Source: the human T2T-CHM13v2.0 reference genome, Homo sapiens. From it: a stretch of 64,000 bases of DNA. The DNA is taken from assembly GCF_009914755.1 (NCBI RefSeq), contig NC_060925.1. One strand, given 5' to 3'. Positions 1 to 16,324 of this stretch are shown one piece after another. The translations under genes were made by a program, and so were the position numbers. Below the pieces are notes generated by a model. That model saw nothing but the letters and a program-made list of their open reading frames with translations, was not told the origin of the DNA and ran no database searches. The stretch's first letter is position 1, and every line of letters starts with the position of its first letter.

Positions 1-4655
<4,655 letters not shown>

Positions 4656-5847
4656 TATATTAGCCAGGGTTCTCCAGAGAAACAGAACCAACAGGATGGA
4701 GATATATGCATGTATAAAGATTTATTATAGGCATTGCCTCATACAGTTATGGAAGTCAAGGAGGTCCCATGATCTGCTGTCTACAAGCCAGAGAACCAGG
4801 AAAGCCAGTCGTATAATTCCGTTTAAGCCTGAAGACCTTAGAATTAGGAGGCCAGTGGTATAAGCCTCAGTCTGAGTCCAAAAGTCCAAGAACCAGGATT
4901 GTCAATGTCTGAGGGGAGGAGAAGATGGATGTCTCAACTCAAGCAAAGAAACTAATTTCCTTCCATCCTTCACCTTTCTGTTTTTATTTTATTTTTTAAT
5001 TTTTATTTTAGGTTCGGGGTATATACGCAGATGTGTTATATAGGTAAACTCGTGTCATGGGGATTTGTCAGGTAGATTATTTCATCTCCCGGATACTAAG
5101 CCTACTATTCAATCATTATTTTTTCTGCTCCTCTCCCTCTTCCCACCCTCCACCCTCAAGTAGGCCCCAGTGTCTGTTGTTCCCTTCTTTGTGTCCATGA
5201 GTTATCACTTAGCTTCCACTTATAAGTGAGAACATGCAGTATTTGGTTTTCTGTTCCTGTGTTAGTTTGCTAAGGATAATGGCCTCCAGCACCATCCATG
5301 TTCCCGCAGAAAACATGATCCCATTCTTTTTTATAGCTGCATAGTATTCCATGGTATGTATATATTTTTAATTGACAAATGATAATTGTACATATTCTTG
5401 GAGTACATAGTGATGTTTAGAGCCATATAATTTGTAGTGATAACATAAGGGTAATTAACATACTTGTCATCTCAAACATTTATCATTTCTTTGTGTTGGG
5501 AACATTCAATGTCCTCCTTCTAGTTATCTAAAACTGTACATTATTGTTAACTGTAGTCATCCTAGAGTGGTATAGAACACTATAACTTATTCCTCTTATT
5601 CCTCCTATCTAGCTATAATTTTGTAATCTTTAACAAGTCCTTCCTTATCCCTCCTCTCTGCGTTTTTGTTCTATTCAGGTCCTCGATAGATGTGTGATGC
5701 CCGCCCTCATTGGTGAGGGCAATCTTCTTTACTTCATCTACTGATTCCAATGCTGATGACCTCTGAAAACACCCAGCAACAATATTTTATCTGGTATCTG
5801 AGCATCCCTTAGCCCAGTCAAGTTGACACGTAAAATTTACCATGACA
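4656..5847 (-). mobile_element. MLT2-type 5' LTR of the ERVL, interrupted by L1 3'-end fragments
   Basis: Begins tatattagccagggttctccagagaaacagaacc and ends cccagtcaagttgacacgtaaaatttaccatgaca, both MLT2-like termini. Confidence 0.75.
4985..5660 (-). mobile_element. Nested L1 3'-end fragments (L1P/L1M type)
   Basis: L1 3'UTR motifs such as cacttataagtgagaacatgcagtatttggttttctgttcc, with a T-rich tail. Confidence 0.8.
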
Positions 5848-6358
5848 AGGACCAAGAGTTGTTTTCCCTCTGCCAAGGCAGATCCTGTATAAGGCAGGGA
5901 CAGCCGCATGGGATAGCTTCCAGAAGGGACAATCCTGGAGCTGAGTTAGTCTGGGAAGAAAGCAAACAAGATGAGGACAGGGAGAGATGAAGGTGAGGCC
6001 CAGAGGCTAACCACTAAGATCTCCACTTCAAAGATGGGCAGACAGCAAGGCAAGTGGTTGAGGCAGTTAAGAGGAGACATTGGTGTGGATCCTGGCTCTA
6101 CTTTAGGGCTGAGGCTACCTAAAGTTTTTGCTTTTGCTCTTCCATGCATACCACCTCCATCCCAAACAAGGCAGAATAAAAAACCAGGGGTGAGCTGGCT
6201 TAGAGCACCAGGAAAACGAAAGGAAAGGATGTGTAATTAAAAAGGGGAAAAAGAAGAAAAAACCCATGCTACCCACAGTGGTTAGTCACTAATCTGCATT
6301 ACTTTCACCACACTGAAAACTTGGAGAGGAGAGAGGAAGAGATACAGAGAGGGGAGGG

Positions 6359-6360
<2 letters not shown>

Positions 6361-6408
<48 letters not shown>

Positions 6409-6435
6409 TAGAGAAAGAGAGAGAGAAAGAGAAAA
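6361..6435. repeat. (GA)n microsatellite
   Basis: Direct read of the GA run. Confidence 0.95.
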
Positions 6436-7758
6436 GCAACTCTGGACGTCATGTATCTTCTCTTAGTCCTATGACCATGAGCAAAATGCTTAGTTTCTTG
6501 GAACCTCAGTTTTCTCTTCTATAAAATGTGAAAGATACTTTCTACCTCATAGGATTGTAGTGAGATTAAAGGTAAAGATAATCATACACGTAAAGTGTTC
6601 AGCAGAGTATAACATCACAGTCCTTCGACAGAAGTTACCTCATCATAAAGAGACTACTGGCTAATTATATAGATTCCATTCAGAACTGAGCCTCTAGAAC
6701 TTTAAGTATAAAGAGTAACTGAAGACCTGAGAATAGCAGTTAATCATATCATTATAAAGTTGAGGCATATAATAAGAGGCAGCTGACCAGTGCTCACAGA
6801 TCAAGCAAAGTAGCAAACACTCCCCTCTGTGTCATTCACTCATTCACGCCACCCTTGCAGAAGGCTTGTCAGCTATAAGGCTCTGAGCTGTTCCTCCCCT
6901 CACTCCTCCGGTGCTCTTTCTAGCTCCTCCTCTTTGCTGTGTTCTCCATGTTCCCTCCCAGTCACTTGCATGCTGGGACCTGTGCATCTCCCCAGGAGCA
7001 GAAGCAAGCCCTGCTGAGTCAGGCTGCTAAACGGACTTTCTGGTTCTGGAGGTTCTGCAGGCCCAACTGTCCTGTGGGTACAACTCTGCCTGTCTCCTCC
7101 TGGTCAGTTAGGGACCTAGCACAATCCCTCTGATTGCTTGGCTCTGTGGAGAGCCTGTTCCCTGCTCCCATCTCACTTGGACCCAGTGAATTTCATTCAT
7201 TTCCTGCTTTGCCTGGTCCCTGGATCTGTCTGATGCCTACTGGTCAAGCCCTGGTCTGACTTCCTACCCAGCCTCATACCCTCCAATCCAGGCAGGCTCC
7301 TCGCCACTATGACAACCGTAGGGTCTGGAAGGCCCCATGGGAATGTAAGCTTCATAAACGGAGGGAATTTTTGTCTGTTTCCTTCACTTTTCTCTTCCCA
7401 GACCTAAATCAGTCCCAAACATCTATTTAAAACTTACACAGAGAATTTTGGAGCTGGAAGAGACTCTAAGGATCATGTAGTCTAACTCCCTCATCTCAGA
7501 GAGAGAAAATGAAAGCAAGGTCACAATGCAGGCTGATGGTGACAGGATCCTCCAAGCCACACAGCAAGCCCTGGGTTAGCTCACTGCTGCCTCCTCTTGG
7601 CCCAGCTGGCAAACCATGCACATATTCAGCCATTTTACTAGTCTGTTTCTTGTTTTGTTGTCTGTTTTTCAATAAAATATAGAACCTTATGAAAATACCT
7701 GCACATTAAGCTTCATGAACACTGAGGAAAACACACAGTATTTCCTCTTCTTCTTCTT

Positions 7759-8070
7759 CTTTTTTTTTTTTTTTTTTTTTTGAGATGGAGTCTCACTCTG
7801 TTGCCCAGGCAGGAGTGCAGTGGTGCAATCTTGGCTCACTGCAACCTTCATCTCCTAGGTTCAAGCAATTCTCCTCCCTTAGCCTCCTGAGTAGCTGAGG
7901 AGCTGGGATTACAGGTGTGCACCACTACACCCAGCTAAATTTTGTATTTTTAGTAGAAATGGGATTTCACCATGTTGGCCAGCTGGTCTCAAACTTCTGA
8001 CCTCAGGGGATCCACCTGCCTCAGCCTCCCAAAGTGCTGGGATTACAGGCATGAGCCACCGCACCCGGCC
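7759..8070 (-). mobile_element. AluS with TSD
   Basis: Dimeric Alu; TSD acacacagtatttc at 7731-7744 and 8073-8086. Confidence 0.95.
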
Positions 8071-8438
8071 TTACACACAGTATTTCTGTAGAGTAAAACT
8101 GTTGAATGGAATCTGCTTCTTAAAGTCTTCTAAGGGAAGAATATTGAGGTAACATAATCTGAATGAGAGTCTAAAAAGAATACAAGGAAAAGAATAGCTT
8201 AGAAGGCAAAATATAAGGCTGTATGAATAGAAAGGAAATAGATACCCCTGAATTTTGTGTCCATTTTTCAATTTCCTTATTGCTTCGAAATTTAAAATAA
8301 ACATCAGCAGGGATGTGAACTCTCCCTAGCCAAACCCAGAACTGTGGGAAAGGCAAACAGCAATGGATAGGTTGCTTCTCTCACAGAGACTTTCATTCAT
8401 TCATTCTGTTTTTGTTTTTGTTTTACATTCACTTACTC

Positions 8439-8931
8439 TGTAAGACAAAGTAGCAAACATAAGAGGCCATGTTTGCTCATTCAGCTGCCAGCAGAATTTC
8501 ACAAAGCCCCTGACTCAGTGACTGAGGACAGCCCTTCGGAAGGATGCCCTGAAGATGATAAGAAGGATGGAGCCCAGGTTACCACATCTCTTACCTAAAT
8601 CACTGCATTTTTAGAAAAGATAAATTCAATGATCCTGGCCTTTGTCTTTTTGCTGTACATAAGATAATGGTTGACAGGATTAATCATTATGCCTCTGTAA
8701 TCTATAACTAGATGTACCCTTGCACCCAAACTTTGGTGAAATTTTGCTCTTACATAACTTTTGAGCACAGGCAGAATGACTGTCACCTTATGTATAAGCT
8801 GTAGGCTGAAACACTGCTTTGGAGCAGTCTAACAGAAACTCTCCGAAAGACTCTCCTGGGTTGCCAACCTCAGTAAGACTAAATAAAACTCACTTTAATT
8901 CTTTAAAAACTTGGCTTTTCTTTAGTTGACA
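8439..8931 (+). mobile_element. ERV1-class solo LTR (LTR47-like, subfamily uncertain)
   Basis: TG...CA termini (tgtaagac ... ttagttgaca), about 490 bp, AATAAA near the 3' end. Confidence 0.6.
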
Positions 8932-9555
8932 AGTGTCTCAGCAAGTATTTAGTGAGCACCAACTATGTGCTATGGCCAAGAAGCAGGGATGGATAAAGCA
9001 TGACCCCTAACTTCAAAGAGCTCACAACCGATGGAAAAACAAATGGGTCAAGAAGCAACTTGACACAGATTGAGCCAGATGGAGAAAGGTCAATGAGTCC
9101 CCTCGAGGAGAAAGAAAAGCAAGGTCATAACACAGAGACATGTGTAGTGACCGTGGGGCTTTAATGGCTGTACTTTGGGGTGTGGAGAGAGTGGGTAAAA
9201 CTACAGAGATGCCAGATTGTAGCAATCTGTTTACTTTTCGGCTAAGAAAAATGAAGGGGGCTTTTCCAACAATTTGTTTTTGCATAGTCTGAACTGTCAA
9301 CTTACTCTTTCATAGGGTGGTAATCGATCTGCTCCTAAGGGTCATTAGTCGTTTCCTCCTCTTTCAACCTGTTCTCACCTCCTCCTGTCACACAGCAAGG
9401 GCATCTGGCAGCACCAAGGCAGGAAGCCTTCAGATACATACAGTTCATACTTCACACCTAAAACAATTTCCAGTAGACACTCACTTCCCTGGCTTTTTGT
9501 GGGTAAGTGGCAGGATTTGAGCTCTTCTCTTCTAGTGCAATCTCAGAGCTTTCAG

Positions 9556-9627
9556 TATCTTGGGACCTTTTCCAGCAGGCATTAGCTTCTCTATCTTGGG
9601 ACCCTTTCCAGCAGGCATTAGCTTCTC
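9556..9627. repeat. 36-bp tandem duplication
   Basis: tatcttgggaccttttccagcaggcattagcttctc twice, 1 mismatch. Confidence 0.9.
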
Positions 9628-10759
9628 ATTTTGCTACCCCGAAGTTAGGGGCCAGGAGATGAAGCATTCCACTCCTACAAAATGCTGGTGACTTGAAGAG
9701 CTCAAAAACAGGTATTGTACTAATTCTTCCTTCTCCTTCACATTCAGACGGCAGGCTGCCGCCCAAGAGTTAAGGGGTTCTGGTTCTCTTCAGACGCAAA
9801 GAGTGAATAGTGCTCTGTGGCAGAGGTTTGTATTTATACGTCTATGCCTTTAACAATGGTGCATTTGCTCTCAGGATCATGCTACCTGGAGTCCCTGAAT
9901 GACAGTTGTCTGGAATAACAAGCAAGATCACTGACAGCCCCAGAACTGCTTCCCTAGCTATGAAATTTTGTTATATCTGTAAATAAGCATAAATATTAAC
10001 TAGTCAGTAATGTTGAATTTTGTTGAATGTATAATTGGACCTAGATTTGGAGAAAAGATATTCAACTCTAATTTTGTTTCAACTAAAATTTGACTGATTA
10101 GTCTCTGCCTCTTTGTTTAAACCATTCACTCTTCCTGTAGAACCCCGTGGCCCATTGAAATCCTCCCATTTCCACCCAGTCAAGTTCCTAGACCTTTGAG
10201 TTCTCTTTTTGGTTATTGTTCTTCATCTCTTGGTGCATGTGCTTTCTAATATTTTAATTTTTTTCAAAATACTACATATATATAGTTATAAAATTCAACT
10301 AATAGCATAAGACATAATAAATTTTGAAAAAAAAAAAAGCAGCAGTCTTCTGCCACACTACACCCAGAACTGCTGTTCTGGCAACTGTTGTGCTGGCAAC
10401 CACTGTCAATTATTTGTTTTTTCTCATGATACTTCCTTGATATTTAGAAATGATATATTTGTTCTGTCCTTTCTTGATTTTAGACATTAGTTATTGACTT
10501 CCTGCTATGGAGATAGGTATTTGGCTCTCTCATCCACTGTCCTCCACACTCTTTAGCCACTCAGCAACACAAAGGCCTTTCTGCCCATCCTGCCAGAGTA
10601 TGTTGTAACATAGCTTTTTGCTAAACTGTATTTAACATTTATGACAATAAGTATTCACATTCGAGCCATGTAGAGTATTCAATTTCCTTCCTAACCATTC
10701 TTTGTTTTTCCTATAGTTGATAATGTCTTTCACTGGGTGCTCTGGTCCTGCTGCCTCTA

Positions 10760-10915
10760 TTAATCCCCAGTACAACAGAGTTGAGAGGTGGGAATTTTAA
10801 GAGCCCTCATGAATTGGTTAATGCCATTATCTTGGGAGTGGGTTAGTTATTGGGGGAGTGAGTTCCTAATCGAAGGATGGGTCCAGCCCCCTCCCCTCTC
10901 TCTCTCTCACACACA

Positions 10916-10952
<37 letters not shown>

Positions 10953-11131
10953 TTTCTGATCATGTTATGCCTTCCACCATGTTATGATGCAGCAAAAAGG
11001 TCCTCACCAGATGCAGCCCCTTGATCTTGGACTTCCCAGTCTCCAGAATCATGAGACAAATAAAATTCTACTGTTTATAAATTATCCGATCTGTGGGATT
11101 CTGCCATGGCAGCACAAAATAGACTAAGACA
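10760..11131 (+). mobile_element. MaLR (MST-type) LTR with internal (CA)n
   Basis: Motifs ctcaccagatgcagccccttgatcttggacttcccagtctccagaa and the end gcacaaaatagactaagaca. Confidence 0.75.
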
Positions 11132-12181
11132 TGTCCCTTTCTGGAACTGTGTTATCCAGGGGTTGGAGTTCCTGGGCTGATTCTTTAATGGCCTTATCTT
11201 TTCTCTTTTATTTTCATCTGTTTGTCTTTAGTTCTACTTTCTGAGAGAGTTTCTTCATTTGATTTTCCAACACTTCCATTGAATTTTAGAAGTTTTCTGC
11301 TTTTTATTTATGTATTTATTGTTACTAGGGCTCTTTCTTACTCTTGGACTTTTCAGTTTTTCTTAGGCTGGCACCCTGTTTCTGTTTTTAAGTGAAAATC
11401 TTTTTATATGTCTCTAAGAATATTGTTTGAGGGATTTTATTTAATTTTCTCCTGCTCCCTGTATTATCTCTTTTCTTCCAAGTTTCTTTTTTCCCCCTGA
11501 TTCATTTGGTTTGGAGATTGTCTTTCATGTTAGAGGCCTTCCCCAAATATCTTGTGATCCTGTCTGCCCTCTTATATTTCCAAATAAGTCATTAACTACT
11601 TGATTGGAAGCTTTGTGTGTAATGGGTGATATTTGCCAATCCTCTCTGTGAATGAACTAGGAAATGAGCTGATCAACTGAGAGTAAGAAAAAAGAAAGAG
11701 AAGCTCAAAGTTTCCCACCTAAATTTTGCTTTTGGTTCAGTTATTTGTATATGGTTCAAATTCTAGATTAACGTATCTAGCACTGCAGAGCAGCTTTCTG
11801 TCAAAACAAAACATAAATGTTTCTTTTATTTTAACTTTTTCTTTTGCTAACTGTTGAGCATTCTAGGAAACTTTTAGGATAAAGATTTAATTTGCTGCTT
11901 CTCTCCATCAAAAGCAGAAAGAGAAAACAGACAATGGTGTAGGTCCCAGATCCTTGTAAAACCTCCTAATAGTCTTCAAATCTTAAGAAAAAATATTCTC
12001 AACTCCAATTCATTCTTTCATTCATTCAGTAAATGTTGAAGTATCTATCATAAGCCAAACACTATTACCCTTTGGGTTTTTAGTTTTGAAAAAAAATATA
12101 TAGAAATAGTTCTTATCCTCATAGAGCTGAATATCTTGTGAGGGGAATAAACAATAAATAAGTAAACCAACAAATAAGTGT

Positions 12182-12323
12182 GCCAGGCATGGTGGTCTAT
12201 GCCTGTAATCTCCGCACTTTGGGAGGCCAAGGTGAGAAGATCACTTGAGGCCAGGAGTTTGAGACCAGCCTGAGCAACAGAGTTAGATCCTGTCTCTATG
12301 CAAAATAAAAAGAAGAAAAGAAA
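12182..12323 (+). mobile_element. Alu monomer (FLAM/AluJ left arm)
   Basis: Single Alu arm followed by an A-rich tail. Confidence 0.8.
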
Positions 12324-13689
12324 ATATTTGATGGCTTAAATGGAATTCCCCATTTAGAGATTACCTGGTGGTTTCCGACTGGTTAAGTCATTCTGAGTTG
12401 GTTTTCTGTTTGCTTGTGTAGAATCCCAGATTGCTAGGGCCGTCTCAGCCTAACAGACTCCAGATTATTTTTTTAAACATACATTGATTATGAATGAGAG
12501 GAAAGATCTACTTAAGTATAGTGGCCAAAGGCTGCTCCAAGGAGATGACATTCAAGCTGAAGCTGGGCTGAATCTAGTTATTTAAACATTAACAAAAACT
12601 TAATAATATATATGTGTGACAATAACAATGTTTTTATGTTCCATTCAATTTTTCTTAAATAAATAAGCTCCTTTTTCTTTCTGAACACTTAAAAACACAC
12701 TTCAATAAAACATAAACAGATTATTTTAAACAGAAGACACATAGCAGTTTCCTGATAATTTTGAACTCAGTTTGTAAATGAAATAGGGTTTATGCCTTAA
12801 TCAGTGTCAATGTCCTTCTCTCACACCAGGAAATGCTGGCCTCAGGCAGCACTCCACATGCGAACTTCTTTAACTCTGTGTCTCACAGGATGGCCGCCAT
12901 CTCGTACTTCTCTTCTTGGTTTCTCCCCATGTCCAGGTGAAATCTATTCAATCCCCAAAACTCCCAGAATCAAAAAAGGAAGAAATTCTTTCCTCAGGGA
13001 GTGGGGTACAAAGGAGGCTGAATGAACAATGACCACAAGTTAGGAATTGGGAGAAAAGGAAGACAGGAAGACAGAGAAACAGGGAAAATGATTTTGAAGG
13101 AAGGCAAGTCAGAGGCATGGGTGGGCTGGAGGCCCCTTCAGGTAGCCGAATGTGGGGGCGGAACTGAAATGTCCATCAGGCCCCGTAGAGAGAGGGAGAC
13201 TGTGAACGTCTACAGCCAATTATCATGTCTGCATGTGTCCCACAACACCCAGCGCAGATGCTTTTTAAATACTTGTCAGACCCACATTTTTTGACACCTA
13301 TTACTCGTTGTGTATTAGAGATGCAGAGAACAGTAAGAATGTGTTTTTCTCACAGTTCAGTGGAGAGCACAGACACAAAAAGCCCATAATAGAACACATT
13401 CAATGCTGTCTTTGTACAACAAAATACAGAACTCTCCCAAAGTCATTTCCCAGGGCTGACTGGAAGATGAAATGGCCAAAAAGCTAGTCAGGTGCAGGTT
13501 GTGATGATTGTAACAGTGATTTACATGAGGGGTAGAAATTTATCTGGACCTCTTCTTCATTGTATCTACAATGGTTAGAACAGCACAGGGTTCATAAAAG
13601 ATACTCAGTAAATACCTGTGGCTTAAATGAATGAATAATTGTTTAAATACCTTAGATAGTGGGCAGACATCATAGGGCTTTTTTTTAGT

Positions 13690-13990
13690 TTTTAAAATAT
13701 TTACTATTTTTGATTGACAAATCACAGCAGCATGCATTTACGGTGAACAATGTGATTTTTGATCATGTATACAATGTGGCATGATTAAATCAAATTAATT
13801 AACATATCTTCACTCACCTACCATTTTTTACGGTGAGACATTTGAAATGTACTCCCTCAGCTATTTTGAACTGTATAATACATTATTATTGACCATGGTC
13901 GCCTTCTGTGCAATAGATCTCAAAACCTATTCCTCCTGTCTGTCTGAAACTATTACCGTTTAATCAACACTTCCACATTCCCTCTCATGT
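13690..13990 (-). mobile_element. L1M 3'-end fragment
   Basis: Resembles L1MA/MB 3'UTR (aattaacatatc...gtgagacatttgaaat...tgtgcaatagatctc). Confidence 0.65.
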
Positions 13991-15032
13991 CCTAAAGTTT
14001 TAAGCTAAAAAGTAACACAAGCATTTCTTAATTTAGAATTAGACCTCTGGCAGTGCAATCTGGAAGATGATTGGGAAGGAAAAGATTAAGGAAGGAAGGA
14101 GTGGTTAGGAGTTTGTGGAGTGGTCCAGGCAAGGAATAAAGGGAAAGGGTGAGCAATGGCAGGATGTGGTGGGGAAGAGGAGGGGCCCTAAATGACACTG
14201 GCATTTCTGCCTTTGGCAACAGAAAGAAAACAAGGGGAGTGGAGAAAGGCCTGAGACACCAGTCTTGAGAAGGATCCTGATCCAAGGGAAGATGTCCCAG
14301 GAGAGAGCAGCCCAGGTGACAAAGGAGAGCAGGTTAATGTGTCAAGTGCTGGGAGAAGCCAAGGATAACAGAATTTAAAAGTGGCCAATGAATTTATCCA
14401 TCAGGATGTAGCTGGAGGGGCAAATCAGCAGCAAGTGGGTGGAGAATGAATGATTGAAGATCTGGAGTCAGGAAAGACAGCTGTTTCAGAAGGCAACTGA
14501 GAAGAGGAGAGACAGGATATGTTTGAACTAACACAGTTTCCAGCCATGACCTATGACTAAGCCAAATGGGACCAGGGACACCATGAGAGGCCTCCCCTTG
14601 CCTGCCAGAAGAGCACAGCCTCAAGTGTCTCTCAGAGCACCTCTAGGCAAGGGGAGGTGGTAAGTCCTCTCTGAGAACACAGGCAAGGGGTTTCGAAGCT
14701 CTCCTCAGTGGGCTGTGCAGGGTTGAGTGTGGGTGAGGCAGCACTTTTCCTCAGGGAGTCCCAGGAATGAGCTGAATGCCTCGCTGAGTCTGCAGCAGGT
14801 CAGGCACAGAGGACCGAGGCCAACAGAGAAAAGGTGGACCGAAGCGGGCCCTGGGATGGTGGCTCCAGAGCCCTTGTCTCCTGCCACCCCAGAGACACTT
14901 CCTGCTGCCAACTAATCTGGCTCCTCCCTTTCTTCAATTGCTCCTGGATCCAAGAGGAAGAGAGGCAGGGATGCTAAGAAACTAGACCAAGGCTTGCCAG
15001 GAAGAAGAGAGTCAGAGAAGGAAAAACATTAC

Positions 15033-15299
15033 CTGAGCAAAGGGGTCTGGTAAGGACAGAGCTGGAGCTCTGGCTGGTGGGATTCCTGGCAGTGCAGTGA
15101 TAGCTCTCACTTTCCCCAGATATCCAGGGGACACTGAGAGTGGTCCCCCCATGGGACACAACTGCCCCATGACTAGGAGGCTCCCAGCTGTTCTGCACAT
15201 TCTCTCCAGCCTGTTCCAGGGAGCAGGCCAGGGTGATGAAGCAGGTCCCATCCTTCATGATCTGGGAGCTGGCAAAGATGTTCAACTCCTACAGCATCT
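15033..15299 (-). pseudogene. SLAM pseudogene exon 5 (second C2-set Ig domain)
   Basis: cttggttcag|EML*ELNIFASSQIMKDGTCFITLACS..SW..YHCTARNPTSQSS..LCSG|gtaatg; 267 nt; parallels LY9 exon 5 (270 nt); one in-frame TAG. Confidence 0.9.
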
Positions 15300-15403
15300 C
15301 TGAACCAAGAAGGGAAAGCTTGAGCTATGAGAAGGCTCTGGTCTGGCCAAACAGGGTAGAGGAAAGCTCAATTTCAAATGTGGGGCCCTCCAGCCCTCCT
15401 TAC

Positions 15404-15733
15404 CATAGACAAGCAGGGTGAAATCCCTGGTGATAATGATTGAGGAAGTATGCAGAGTTACCCAGGCTTATAGGCTTATAGTCCTGCAGCCTCAGGGGGC
15501 TGATCTGAAGAGAGTAGCTGTGGTGGGGAATGTTCAGTCATCCACTGTAGGGTCCCTGAGTCTCAGAAACCAGAACTGGTTTGTCTGTTCATCCTTGTTG
15601 TAAAACAGCAACACGCTCTCAAGAGCTCCATGTAACACTTTCTACCTCTTGCTCTGCTGGGACCTCCAGGGGCCAAGTGGCCAACTCCCCAAGGATATCT
15701 TCCCCACTGTATCTTCTCCCAGTGTTCCTGACC
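15404..15733 (-). pseudogene. SLAM pseudogene exon 4 (second V-set Ig domain)
   Basis: tctacag|..ILGELATWPLEVPAEQEVESVTW..SYSLQISPLRLQD..RDFTLLVY-G|gtaagg; three TGA stops plus frameshifts. Confidence 0.85.
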
Positions 15734-16037
15734 CTGTAGACAAAGAAGAGAACCCACAACCTCAGTGTCAGTGTCTCCCCACCTAGTCAGGAAAGCCACA
15801 GGCTCCATCCAGCTCCTCCTGTGTGAGTCCCTCCAGCCTCCCCACCAGCTCCAGTGGGTCTTCTCCTCCCACTGCCATGACCACACAGACCAACACCCAC
15901 CCACCCCAGACTCCCACCCTCCCAATGGTGTTAGCCCCCTTGCCCCAGGGTCTGAAGGGAACCAGGACTTCTTCTTCCACCCTCCCTGTCAACCCCAGAG
16001 CTGCTCAGGCCCCTGGGCAGACTGAGGAGCCTGGTAC

Positions 16038-16324
16038 ATATGCAGAAGTGAGGCACTGAGATAGGGTGGGAGCTGCTGTTACTGAATGGGTTCTTGACCA
16101 TGCAGGTAAAAGTTAGAGCACTGTCCCCAAGCCTCAAGGAGACACTGAGGACAGACCCTCCACAGGACACAACAACAGTCTGGGGTCCCAGGGGTGTCCA
16201 GCTGTAAGTCACACTGCCTCCTCTGCTCTCTGCCACACATGTCAATGGCATATGAGAGTGACAATGCAGCATCCATCCTCACTAATCCTGGAGCTCAGTG
16301 TGACATGAGGCCAGGCCAGCTGCT
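16038..16324 (-). pseudogene. SLAM pseudogene exon 3 (first C2-set Ig domain)
   Basis: cacacag|EQLAWPHVT..CIVTL(fs)LTCVAESRGGSVTYSWTPLG..GDSALTFTCMVKNPFS..HFCI|gtacc; parallels LY9 exon 3 (EQLQEPQVT..YSWTP..ICTAQNP). Confidence 0.9.

Noticed and set aside
9022-9300. 92-aa minus-strand ORF, possible processed pseudogene
   Set aside because: No recognisable parent, poly(A) tail or TSD
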